Source: Octopus sinensis (Eukaryota). From it: a stretch of DNA of 64,000 bases. Position numbers and translations under genes: made by a program. Shown in pieces: positions 13,431 to 25,827 of this stretch. The notes below the pieces were generated by a model that was not told the origin of the DNA, ran no database searches, and was given only the letters and a program-made list of their open reading frames with translations. Location of the stretch: positions 19,034,001 to 19,098,000 of the forward strand of contig NC_043007.1 in NCBI RefSeq assembly GCF_006345805.1. The letters run 5' to 3'. How positions within the stretch are numbered: the stretch's first letter is position 1; the number at the start of each line of letters is the position of its first letter.

Positions 13431-13900
13431 CTTAGCACTAACCCTAATCTTAACACTAACCCTAATCTTAGCACTAACACTAATCTTAACGCTAACCCTA
13501 ATCTTAACGCTAACCCTAACCTTAAATGTTAATTCTAATCTTAACATCAAACGAAGCGCTAAAACTTTCCGAAATACAAAACCTATTTCTATATCTAATA
13601 CCAAACCTTACTTTAAATCTAATCTCAGAATTAACACAATACTTATTTTTAATCTTAATACTAACCTCTCCCACAAACTCTGACAATAAATTTAACCTAA
13701 TACTAAATCTAAGCATAATCCTTATTCTAATAAGCCACTCCTAAATCCACCCATAATTCTACCTAGAAAACCTAATCAAAAACCTTCTCCTGTAAACTTA
13801 ATGCCAAACCCCTCTTTCACTAACCCTAGACCCAGCACAAACACGTACCTTAGCAACCCTAACTCTGAACCTTGCCCTAACTCCTATCATTTTTTAAAAT
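13431..13900. repeat. Telomere-like degenerate (CCCTAA)-derived tract starting with five 18-bp units
   Basis: CTTARCRCTAACMCTAAY x5 at 13431-13520, then CTAA-rich decay. Confidence 0.7.
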
Positions 13901-14220
13901 CATTTTATCTAGTTTCAGCTCATGAGCTGTGGCCATGCTGGGGCAAAGCAAAACTCCCGAGCCTGAAGGCGCAACACTACACCTAATCGTCACCTGTATT
14001 ACAGTAAACCGAACACTGAATGTAAAGTGAATTGGACGTGGTCGATGAAATAGCTCGAAATTCCTTCAAGGTCACTGTGTCAGAGGACCTCAAATAACAC
14101 TTGAAGGTCCCTAGTCTCACAATTTATATGTGTGTAACCTCATAATAAATGCTCTTCTACTTGTTTCAGTCATTGGTCTGCGTCCATGCTCGAGAACCGT
14201 CTCGAAATTGATTGTGGAGC

Positions 14221-14518
14221 CAAACGGCCTAGTGGATAGAGCAGCGGACTCGCGGTCGGGGGATCGCGGGTTCGAATCTCAGACCGGCCGATGTGTGTGT
14301 TTATGAGCGAAACACCTAAGCTCCACGCGGCTCCGGCAGAAGGTAATGGTGAACCTCTGCTGACTCTTTCGCCACAACTTTCTCTCACTCTTTCCTCCAG
14401 CATCTTGCAGCTCACCTGCAACGGACCAGCATCCCGTCCAGGTGGGGAACCCATACGCCAAGGAAACCGGGAAACCGGTCCTTATGAGCCAGGCATGGCT
14501 CGAGAAGGGACAAACAGG
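14221..14518 (+). mobile_element. tRNA-derived SINE family E, copy 1
   Basis: A-box GGCCTAGTGG, B-box GGTTCGAATC; near-identical copy follows. Confidence 0.85.
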
Positions 14519-14521
14519 TAT

Positions 14522-14599
<78 letters not shown>

Positions 14600-14606
14600 T
14601 GTGTGG

Positions 14607-14890
14607 AGACACATGGCCTAGTGGTTAGAGCAGCTGGATCGCGGGTTCGAATCTCAGACCGGGCGATGTGTGTGTTTATGAGCGAAACACCTAAGCTCCA
14701 CGCGGCTCCGGCAGATGGTAATGGCGAACTTCGGCTGACTCTTTCGCCACAACTTTCTCTCACTCTTTCCTCCTGCATCTTGCAGCTCACCTGCGACGGA
14801 CCGGCGTCCCGTCCAGGTGGGAAACCTATACGCAAAGGAAACCGGGAAACCGGCCCTTATGAGCCAGGCATGGCCCGAGAAAGAACAAAC
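14607..14890 (+). mobile_element. tRNA-derived SINE family E, copy 2
   Basis: TGGCCTAGTGG and GGTTCGAATC; same body; A-rich end. Confidence 0.85.
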
Positions 14891-14892
14891 AA

Positions 14893-15910
14893 AAAATTGA
14901 AATTGATCACAACCCCATCCATGCCCCGTTCTTTATTCACCCTTTCTATGATGTATCGCATGAGATGGGGGAGGGGATGCTCTCGTGGAAAGATCTGTTC
15001 GTGATGATGCATGTTTGCGCATCACTAATGAAACTATTGACAAGTGTCTGCCAACCCATTTGCCAACATTGGCCAAAACTTTGAAATCTGCCTTTAGCAA
15101 TGTTATGGGCCTTAAATTTTTTTTGGTTAATTTTGTTTGAACCCTTTCTTAGTAGTGTTTCCGCTCTTCGGATCTTTTCGGTTTGAACGGCAGTTTTTTC
15201 TAGTGGTGTCATATGAAATTGTCACCCATAATTATGACTCTAGAATCGATCTATTGCATTTCAATCTCTTTTAGGGTTAGGGTTAGTTAGGGTTAGGGTT
15301 AGGGGTGGGGGGAAGGGTATCTTTTTTTCTTCACAAATGTAAATAAACCCAATCTGTTTCTTAAACGAGGGACATATTCATACGGCACAGAATGTTTTTT
15401 ACCTCAATAGACGTCACTGATTGGTTGAAATTGCAGAAATGGAAGATAAAAAAACAACAAATATCTTACAAACTATAGAATTTTCTCAATAAATCCAAGA
15501 GAAAAAGAGGTTTTATAAACACATTCTACCAGTATACGAAGTTTAAAATTTTTTAGTTACCAAGAAATTATTTTAAAAAACTGCCGTTCAAACCGAAAAG
15601 ATCCCGCTCTTCGGATCACAGAACAAGAAATTCTCCCGTTCAGCTGCTTGTAGCGGTAGATAATTGCCGAGAGGTTTCGAAAAAGTTTTACATGAGAAAG
15701 TAAAGCTCATAGGGTAGGCCATCAGTAGGGTAGGTGATTTGTACCCAGGGCAGATAATCATTGCTTGACGTTTATTTCCACGGCAGTTATCGGTTATTTG
15801 CGACACTCTGCCTCCCTTGCTGGGAGTCACAGCAAGCCGTCGAGGTAAGCGCTGAAATCCACCCAGCGTTCCGGCCCACCATTCGTCCCGAACAGTCAAG
15901 CAAAGTGCTG
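14893..15910 (-). mobile_element. L1/Tx1-like LINE reverse transcriptase fragment interrupted by a MITE
   Basis: QAMIICPGYKSP..DGLPYELY, TLLRKG, RPITLLKADFKVLA, DAQTC, LMRYIIERV; the frame IRRAETLLRK is restored when the MITE and one TSD are removed. Confidence 0.8.
15170..15604. mobile_element. 435-bp MITE with perfect 30-bp TIR, 8-bp TSD and internal TTAGGG repeats
   Basis: TIR GGATCTTTTCGGTTTGAACGGCAGTTTTTT at both ends; CGCTCTTC duplicated at 15162-15169 and 15605-15612. Confidence 0.92.
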
Positions 15911-18900
15911 CTGAAAAAATAAATGGAACTTCGTAACATATGCAAAAAAGAAAAAGGTGGAAAGAAAAATTGTAAAATGTAAGCATATCATGAGAGTGAA
16001 GTTACCCACGGATATGTATTCAGGAAATATAAAGGCCATTGTGGCCGACAAAGACACATACAATAGACAAGAAGACATGTGCGGAAGCAAGATTGACCGG
16101 CCCGGAGTGTTGGTGGAGTGCGATGAACTGCCACCCGTAGTTGAACTCAGAGACGTGGTGACTTATATGAGGTATTAAAATGGAAAAAAAATGTAAAATT
16201 GTTTTGTTGAAAGAAAAAAAAAAGGAAAAAGTGTTTCAATGAAAAAAAAAGATTTATTAAGAAAAAACAATAGAAAATCAGAACGATTTTAAATAGTGTG
16301 TATAAACGTTCAAATGGTACCGCATGGGAATGGGGGCCCATGCAGCCATTTCATTTTTTCATTTTTATATAACATTTCATTCTCATTCGTTTTATGTTTT
16401 ATATCCCCATTGTGGTGTTATGTCTGTCCTTGTAGTGTCCCCTTCTGTATTGTGGCCGTGGTGCCAAATAAAGAAATTCTGAATATGGTGAGTCAGCCCG
16501 GAGGACCATCGAAGAAATGGTAGAAACCATAAGTATAAAAAGCAAGGCCAAGGCCAACAGTTTTGAGTATTTCTCGACTACTTTGCAAATAAGTTAACTG
16601 AGAAATCCTGTATCTTAGCCACCCTCTTGCTATTTTCTAGTCTTTGAACTGTCCAACCACACACACGAATCGCTATAATAATTGCAAGTTTACCATTATT
16701 TTATTCCTATTTGTTACTCTATAAAATTTTAGGGAATCCAGTTTTGAATACGATAACATTTCTCATTTAAGAAAAATGTTTTGTTCAAATTTATTCACTT
16801 GGTGTTTTTCTTTTCCCTTGCCAAATGTTTCTAAGAATTTTCGAAGTTGAAATGTTCTTCAGGTAATAAAGTGACCTGTTGAGGTACAACCAAACATAGC
16901 TATGTAACAGTATACTATATTACATGAGAAACCCCCGAAATATGTAGACAAACCAGACATTAAAAAATCCTATGGGATTCTAATTAGTTTGTCGCTGATT
17001 AAAGAATTTATCAAAGCGTTTTGATCTGTCGCTACACAAGAGTTACGACTGGAAAAACTTACCGAAGCCGTTTCAAACCTTGCAACGAAAAGATTCAGTC
17101 TTATACAATCTCTATTCATTGAAAACGTTTTTCTACTCACATTTTGTGCTCACATTTAATCCATTAAAAAATTTGTATTACAAAATGGTATTTAATTTAA
17201 ATTCTATCTACATTAACACCCGTTTTCTAGTTCTTCACAAAATTGTATTTAGAACTACATAATTTAAAGAGAAATATTAAATTCAATTTAAATGTAGATA
17301 AACGTTTGTCAGATTTTACTAATATATTCTTCAGTTATTTAGTATAGCAATTTTTATTATTGTGGAACTTCAATATTTACTGGTTATAAGTTTTCCTGGT
17401 TTTTCGTACAGCTTTTACTCTTAGCGTAGGAACCGAGGATCGGCTGTCAAAATCCATCCAAGCATTTAACTTAACGATGAGCAGCTGACTTTTTCAGAAT
17501 CTTTTGAACCTTTTTACGTAATCTCCAGGAAGACTTGTAGTTGACCTTAGTGACTATGTTGCACCCTCTAATTAGGTACAGCGTTAATTTGACGAGTGTC
17601 CACATGGCTACCACTAAAGCCATTTACGCTTTCAAGGTTGACCCACAGCTTTGCTAGAAAACACTTGCTCAAAATGTCGTAAAGTGATACTGAAATGAGA
17701 AATTGAACGGTAAACTTAAACACACGGCTATGCATAAAAAGCGATAAAAATATTTGAGCCGAATAATTCGATTGAATTTGTATTTTTTGTGGTATTATCG
17801 TTTATCTCTCGGAAAGGTGGTTTATTTCAGCGATTTCAATTCCCAGATACGCTGTAAATGGTTTCTGTACTTTTGTATCGTTTTCATTTAATCCTCTGAA
17901 GACTTGTTTGCGAAAACTTATATTCAAAATCGTCCCAGTTATCCTATGTTTCCTAAATTGAGACTTCGCACAATATACATTTTTATAAATCGATAAGGTA
18001 AGATACAAAGGAATTCGGTTGCTATTTCTAACCGGCGGTAGACCACGGCAATGCTCTCGCTTTCGTTCGATTACCACTTTTGTCCAATCTCTTTATCTTC
18101 TAGTAAAATAACTCTTATACTAAAATAGAAATATCATTATTTCTAATTCTCTCTAAAGGAGACCACGGCAGCGGTACTGGATATTAATAGTTATCGCCAA
18201 GCTAACATGGCAGTCCAGATAAATAGGACGAATGCTGCTATCGCCTCTAGCTAGCTATGTGACACACGAACCTTTTTCAGAGAGAATGTATCATATTGAA
18301 CAAGCTGGAGTCCAAACTGTTGAACTTGATTATTAGGAGCTATAAGCTTTGAACATGGCCACATGGATATCATTTGAAGAGTCTATTGGTTTTAATGATT
18401 CGTCTAGGACGTTCTTTCAGGAGTTAGGTTCTGAGAAACGGTTCCTCCAGAGCAAAACTTGTTGACTTAAACTCCACGGTTGTTGGTAAGTATAAACGCC
18501 TCGTCATTTTTTTTTTTGTCACAGGAGTAAATTAAACAACGAATTGACAAACCATGCTTTTACTGTTATGCTTGATCAATCTTCTGTGTCTCTGTCAAGA
18601 GTTCAAAGGAGATTTCTGACGAGATGAAGCGGTGGTTCCTTTCTTTTATTGTTATATCCCCCAAACGCCGCCAGATATATATTTTTTCTTAGATATTGGA
18701 AAATATTTCAAAATTCAATTGTACAACAGAACTGATAACCGCAGTAAAATATGTTGGCAATAAAATCGAATGTGAGATTATTGAAATTGTCTTGTAAATA
18801 TATTCGTTATTTGAATGTAAGTATGGTTAGTAATATATTCTGTGGAGTTAAGTCCATGTCATACAGGAAGCTACTGGAAAAGTTTTGCCATAGAATTGGG

Positions 18901-19382
18901 ACTTTTATTCGATTGAACACCTGATAAAGCAAGTTGTACTTAAAAATATTTAGTAATCCTTACGTTTTATGCTCTTCTGATATAGAACAATCTTTCAACT
19001 ATTATATTGATATTACCGGTTTAATATGAGGTGATTATTGCTCAATATCTTATTTTCCAGATTAAGTACGCATTGGAAAATACAGTGAGGTGTCACGCTG
19101 GCAAGGATGCATCACCACACTTGCCAGGGTGACACCTCATAGAATGAGGGTGTACGCTCTCCTTATCACACTTACTACGTTTGTAGACCGGCTTCACACC
19201 GTGCCTACGATCTATAATTACACTATAGAAAACCTGCCGAATGTAGTTAACGAGCGTTAAAATAAATACGAATACGAGCGAAAGCATGAAAAAAAAAAGT
19301 CTTATATTGTTGATGCAATAGAAGATAACTGTACTGATTCTGTTTACGATGTTTAGAAAGTACGATTCTGTGTGCGAACTTT

Positions 19383-19572
19383 AGGCGTAGGAAGGGCAGT
19401 GTGGTAAGTACTTGCTTACGAACCACACGGTTCCGGGTTCAGTCCCACTAGGGGCACCTTGGGCAAGTGTCTTCTGCTATAGCCTCGGGCCGACCAAAGC
19501 CTTGTGAGTGGATTTGGTAGACAAAAACTGAAAGAAGCCTGTCGTATATATTCGTATATATATATCTATATC

Positions 19573-19606
<34 letters not shown>

Positions 19607-19837
19607 TATGTATGTATGTGTGTATATATGTTTGTGTGTCTGTGTTTGTCCCACCAACATCGCTTTACAACCGATGTTGGTGTGTTTACATCCGCATAAC
19701 TTAGCGGTTCGGCAAAAAAGAGACCGATAGAATAAGTACTAGCCTTATAAAGAATAAGTCCTGGGGTCGATTTGCTCGACTAAAGGCGGTGCTCCAGCAT
19801 GGCCACAGTCAAATGACTGAAACAAGTAAAAGAGTAA
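19383..19837 (+). mobile_element. SINE family B, full copy with internal (TA)n
   Basis: Matches the reverse complement of 1135-1570. Confidence 0.88.
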
Positions 19838-19957
19838 ATGATTATATATAATGCGCGCAGTAAAGATACCAACTAAGATACTAATAGTTCATTGCTGCAG
19901 GAACACGTGTCTAGACAAGTCTTTGAAACATACTTTCAGACTCCAATGTCTAGATGC

Positions 19958-20617
19958 AGGATGAAAGGCAAAGTCGACCTCGGCGGAATTTGAACTCACA
20001 ACGTAACGGCAGACGAAATACCTATTTCTTTACTACCCATAAGGGGCTAAACACAGAGGGGACAAACAAGCACAGACATAGGTATTAAGTCGATTACATC
20101 GACCCCAGTGCGTAATTGGTACTTAATTTATCGACCCCGAAAGGATGAAAGGCAAAGTTGACCTCGGCGGAATTGGAACTCAGAACGTAGCGGCAGACGA
20201 AATACCTATTTCTTTGCTACCCACATAGGGTAACACACAGAGAGGACAAACAAGGACAGACAAACGGATTAAGTCGATTATATCAACCCCAGTGCGTAAC
20301 TGGTACTTAATTTATCAACCCCGAAAGGATGAAAGGCAAAGTTGACCTCGGCGGAATTTGAACTCAGAACGTAACGGGAGACGAAATACATATTTCTTTA
20401 CTACCAACAAGGGGCTAAACACAGAGGAGACAAACAAGGACAGACATAGGTATTAAGTCGATTACATCGACCCCAGTGCGTAACTGGTACTTAATTTATC
20501 GACCCCGAAAGGATGAAAGTCAAAGTCGACCTCGGCGGAATTTGAACTCAGAACGTAACGGCAGACGAAATATCGCTAAGCATTTCGCCCGGCGTGCTAA
20601 CGATTCTGCCAGCTCGC
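19958..20617 (-). mobile_element. SINE family A tandem array (one head plus repeated ~185-bp head-truncated units)
   Basis: GGATGAAAGGCAAAGT unit starts near 19958, 20143, 20327 and 20511; complete head at 20560-20617. Confidence 0.9.
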
Positions 20618-20624
20618 CATCAAG

Positions 20625-20812
20625 ACCATCTTGACAGGAAGAGGAAGAGAATAAAAGACTTTCGAAGATGTTTGTGTAGTGATGATACTAAAGAATCGGT
20701 AGGAAACAAGAGCCTGGCTAATTGTACATGTGCAACACAACACAGAGAAAACTGGAGGGTCTTAGTAGCCGACCCATGAATACAGAGAGGGCATCTGACT
20801 GAGGGCTGATGA
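20625..20812 (+). mobile_element. Probable RTE-like LINE 3' tip
   Basis: HRENWRVLVADP* followed by CTGATGATG. Confidence 0.45.
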
Positions 20813-21375
20813 TGTCCCAAGAAACGGTTAGTAAAGCTAAGGATTTTTTTTGGGGAGGTTTCTTGTAACTTGTCAAAAAATAAGGAAGTTCTTGTTGTAA
20901 TTGTTGTTGTTGTTATTGTTGTCGTGACATTATCTTGGGGGTATTTTGAGGATACCGTTGTAAAATTCGTCTAACTTCCAGTTCATCGTTCATAAATGTT
21001 TAATGGAGACCTGGATGAGTGTGTGTGTATGTGTGTATATATGTGTGTGTTTGTGTGTGCGTGTGTGTGCGCGCGCATGAATTTTGTTATTAATATTTCT
21101 AAAGGCTGTCTCGCTCTCTGACATCCATATATTGAGGTCAAGGTTTCGATACTGACACCGCTAGGAATACTCCCCCCCCCCACACGCCACTTTTTTTTCT
21201 GTCAACTCTTCCGAAAAGATTTTACTTCGAGGTATATATCAGCAATTAGTGAAAGAGAGAGAGACAGAGGAGATTAAAAAGTGTATATATATATATTTCC
21301 TGAGCGCCTATTAATAATAATACTGTAATTGTTCCTGTTGTTGTTGTTTTTTTTGTTTCCCGTTTGGATTAAAAT

Positions 21376-21433
<58 letters not shown>

Positions 21434-21836
21434 TGCAGGAGTATGTAAGGATATATAAGTGTCAGTATGTGCGTGTGTGTATGTATGCATATATGTATAA
21501 ATTATAACGACAAAAAATTTATATTAAAACAGGAGCATAACACGAATACAATAAAAAAGACCATATAAAGTACGTATGAATAAAATATTAGAATATTTTA
21601 AAAAATAAATGTAATAGAGATATAAAGAAGATATGAATAAGAAATATAAAAAATATAAAAATACCAAACAAACACACACACACACACCACACACACATAC
21701 ACATACCGCATGTATGTATGTATGATGTGAAATATGCAGAAAAATATAAAATCTGTAGAAAAATATATAAAATGAAACAAAATTAGAAAGAATAAAAACA
21801 AAAATAATTACGAAAAACAAAAGAAAATGGGCAAAA

Positions 21837-21872
<36 letters not shown>

Positions 21873-21929
21873 ATATACAAAAGAAGACTATATAGCGAAA
21901 TAAAATTATGAAAAAAAGTATGATAAAGG

Positions 21930-21935
21930 TGAATA

Positions 21936-22014
<79 letters not shown>

Positions 22015-22033
22015 TAATGATAATAATAATAAC

Positions 22034-22066
<33 letters not shown>

Positions 22067-22124
22067 GATAATAATGATAATAATAATAATAATAATAATG
22101 ATAGTAATAATAATGATAATAATG

Positions 22125-22160
<36 letters not shown>
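21930..22160. repeat. (AAT/GAT)n microsatellite
   Basis: Direct reading. Confidence 0.95.
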
Positions 22161-23111
22161 GAAACGGGAATAAATTAGAAAAATAAAAAAGAATATGAGA
22201 GAAAATAGAAAGGGAAAACTATCAAGAATTGTTCCCAAAAGAACACCATTCTTTCCCAACTATTGAAGGAAAAAAAATAAGTGATTCAATATTTATGAGC
22301 AGAAGATAGAGGAGAAGGTAGAGGGGAAGGGAGGAGGAGAATGTGTGTGTGTGTAAGAGAGAGAGAGGGGGTTATGTGTGATAGAGTGAAAGGAAGAGTG
22401 TGTGAAAAAGAGAAGGGGAGAGGAGAGGAGAGGAAGGAGAGAGGGGGCAAGAATGGAGGAAAATAAGAGATTTAAGTGATGGAGAAGTTTTGAAATTGAA
22501 ATGGTGAATGAACCGTTGTAAAACACACTCGTACACATAAATATGCATACACATAGGTATATACATAAATAAATGCGTACATATACACACACATATATGC
22601 ATATATTAAAAATATATATACATGTATATATATATATAATTATTATTCATATCTCTGTATATATGCGTATATGTATATATAAATATACATACATCTATCT
22701 CTCTCTCTCTATATATATCTATATGATGTTGGTATACACATATACATATATGTATATGCATGTATATAAATACATACATGCAAATATACATACACACGCA
22801 TACATATCTATATCTATATATATATACATACATATATATATATATATATATATGTATTCGTTTAACTAAAGGGTTATAGTTGATGGCGATGAGCCCCAGG
22901 GAAAATTGGTTGGAGCAGACGATAGTCTAAAATGGAACTTTCATGAGATGTGCACTGAGCTGTGGAAGAACGGGAGATTGCAAGCCAAACTTTTGAAGTT
23001 TGCAAACGTGTGTGTGTGTGTCTAACTGCATGTGTATGTATGTACCTGCGTATATACGATGGTATGTCTGTGAGTGCATAAATGTACTTCTCCCTCTCTC
23101 TCTCTACATAC

Positions 23112-23193
<82 letters not shown>

Positions 23194-23883
23194 TTCGGTC
23201 TACATATCGCATACATATTTGTATAAGTGTGTGAGAGGGTAACTATATATGTATATACATGTATGCATTTGTGAGTGAGTATGTGTGTATATATGTATAT
23301 ATATACACACATAGGGAGGCAGAGAGAGAGAAAGAGTGAGGGAGTGAAAGAGAGAGAGAGAGTTAGAGTTAGAGAGAGTAAAATAGGTTGATAGATAGGT
23401 ATGTATATATCTGAATGGGTGTTTGTGTGTGTGTGTATGTGTGTGTATGCGTGTGCGTAGCTGTAGGTGTGAGTGTGACTGGGTAAATACGTGTTAATTT
23501 GGCAGTGTATTTATGTAATAGGTGTGTGCGCGTGTATTGAGTTGTTTATATGAGTGGCTTTATGAAGCAAAACCCAGCATACCACGGAGACCTCTTTAAG
23601 ACCAGCCAATAAACCACGTTCACGTTTGAATAGTAATGGCGACTTAATATGGCGAATCTATTACACATCCCACACTGTCACACCCATCGGCAGCCATCGC
23701 CAACACCACCACAACCACCACCATCTATACCACCACCACCACCACCAACACAACCAATACCACCATTAGGGAACCAAAACTTTCACAATTCACGGCATCG
23801 TTACCACTTACAGTTTAGACACCGCCATGTTTGTAAACCCAATACACAAACTCACTACTACTACTACCACCACCACCACCACC

Positions 23884-23933
<50 letters not shown>

Positions 23934-24017
23934 AACGACTACTACTACTACTACTACACTACTACTACTACTACTACTGATGCTGCTGCTGCTGCTACTG
24001 CTACTGCTACTGCTATC

Positions 24018-24051
24018 GATTTGGTAGGCGGAAACTGAAAGAAGCCCGTCG

Positions 24052-24082
<31 letters not shown>

Positions 24083-24285
24083 GTGTGTGTATATATTTGT
24101 GTGTCTGTGTTTGTCCCACCCCCAACATCGCTTGACAACCGTAACTTAGCGGTTCGGCAAAAGATACCGATAGAATAAGTACTAGTCTTACAAAGAATAA
24201 GTCCTGGGGTCGATTTGCTCGACTAAAGGCGGTGCTCCAGCATGGCCACAATCAAATGACTGAAACAAGTAAAAGAGTAAAAGAG
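24018..24285 (+). mobile_element. SINE family B, 5'-truncated
   Basis: GAAACTGAAAGAAGCCCGTCG, internal (TA)n, family B tail. Confidence 0.85.
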
Positions 24286-24788
24286 TCCTGCAAATCGTAA
24301 CCGTTTTTGAGCAATTGCAGCTGTTGTCTTGGGTGAGATTGTTGTTGGCATCCTTTTGTCTCGGGAGACAATGGCGTTACACATAAACTAATCCAGTTTG
24401 GTTTTTACATTTCATGTCCTCTCCAGTTTCCTCTCCAGTTTTGCACAGGCCTGGACTAGATGTAAGAAAATCCTGGGTAGCCCAATCGTCAGGATTTCTC
24501 TCTCGACCTTGCTGATGTAGTCCAAAGGAGTGCAGAGTATTACGCTTGGCACCAGCTTGGTTGCAGGAGCTGCCGGAAGAGTGTCGAATCGAACACTAAA
24601 CCGCCTACGGGACTCCACTCCGGATTTCTTTGAAGATTGTCTCCTTTCAGTAACTCTGGATAGGGGCCCATACCGGGTACTGTCAGCCGGAGCCAGCTGA
24701 GCCCGGAATTTGTGTCAGGCAGGGTCGTCACTCCCTGAAGTAGTGAAGAAAATTGCTACCCACTACCCAGTGGGTAGCAATTTTCTGG

Positions 24789-24872
24789 GTGAGATAATGC
24801 ACAATTATTTCAAATCTTTGTGAATAAATAAGCATTACATTTGTCAGAGTAATCTGAATGCTAAAGAGTTAA
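24789..24872. mobile_element. Probable right end of a piggyBac-like MITE
   Basis: Ends GAATGCTAAAGAG-TTAA, resembling a CCCTTT-type TIR plus TTAA; no left end found. Confidence 0.4.
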
Positions 24873-25287
24873 AACTAAATAAATCCCAGCTAATCACCAC
24901 TCCATAATCCATAATCCCTAGCTCTTCGATATTATATCAAAACACGACAATGCTACACAATACTGTACAATCTCACAACTTCGTGAAGTCACTCAAACTC
25001 TTGTTCACCATTACTAAACAAATCATTCCCATTCGGCCAAATCTAAAAGATTTCCGTGTAATCCACATTAGATAATCCCCTTTTCACCTTCACTACACCA
25101 TACCGAATCCTCAGCCCTACAGCATACATAGTTCGTTAACATTTTCCCATCCCTAACGAACATTACCCATATTCAGTCCTCCACCTTAAACAGCTTCTCG
25201 TTCACCAACACTACGCAGCCCTTAATTCACTAACCCTCAATTCAGCAACATTATATGATTTCCCCTCTGTATATATATATATATATA

Positions 25288-25520
25288 TTTCTTTATTGCC
25301 CATAAGGGGCTAAACATAGAGTGGACAAACAAGGACAGACAACGTGATTAAGTCGATTACATCGACCCCAGTGCGAAACTGGTACTTTATTTATCGACCC
25401 CGAAAGGATGAAAGGCAAAGTCGACCTCGGCGGAATTTGAACTCAGAACGTAGCGGCAGACGAAATACCACTAAGCATTTCGCCTGGCGTGCTAACGATT
25501 CTGCCAGCTCGCCGCCTTCA

Positions 25521-25559
<39 letters not shown>

Positions 25560-25827
25560 TTATAACAATAATTCTGAACAATATCCATGTCAAGCCGTCT
25601 TGAGTAATAATAATAGTTTTAAATTTTGTCATAAGGGCAGCTATTTTGGGGAAAGGGATATGTCGATTATATCGACCCCAATATTTCACTGGTATTTGAT
25701 TTATCGATCCCGAAAGGATGAAAATAAAGTTGACCTCGGCGGAATTTGAACTCAGAACGTAACGGCAGATGAAATACGGATACGCATTTCGCCCGGCGTG
25801 CTAACGTTTCTGCCAGCTCGCCGCCTT
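25288..25827 (-). mobile_element. Two SINE family A copies separated by (TAA)n
   Basis: Heads at about 25520 and 25827 with core and B-box. Confidence 0.85.

Noticed and set aside
14221-14290. tRNA genes at SINE heads (also 51934 and 20560)
   Set aside because: A/B boxes are present but no complete cloverleaf is evident and each runs into a repeated SINE body
19958-20617. CRISPR-like array
   Set aside because: Units are contiguous ~185-bp SINE bodies with no unique spacers; eukaryotic context
20800-20840. CUGAUGA...GAAACGGUU as a hammerhead
   Set aside because: No stem II or stem I pairing; CTGATGATG is better explained as the tail of an RTE-like fragment
22875-23008. Open 43-46-codon frame in a unique island as an exon
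   Set aside because: This length is expected by chance in one of six frames; weak donor; no recognisable protein
24300-24745. GC-richer segment as a LINE fragment or exon
   Set aside because: No diagnostic motif found in any frame by eye; left unclassified
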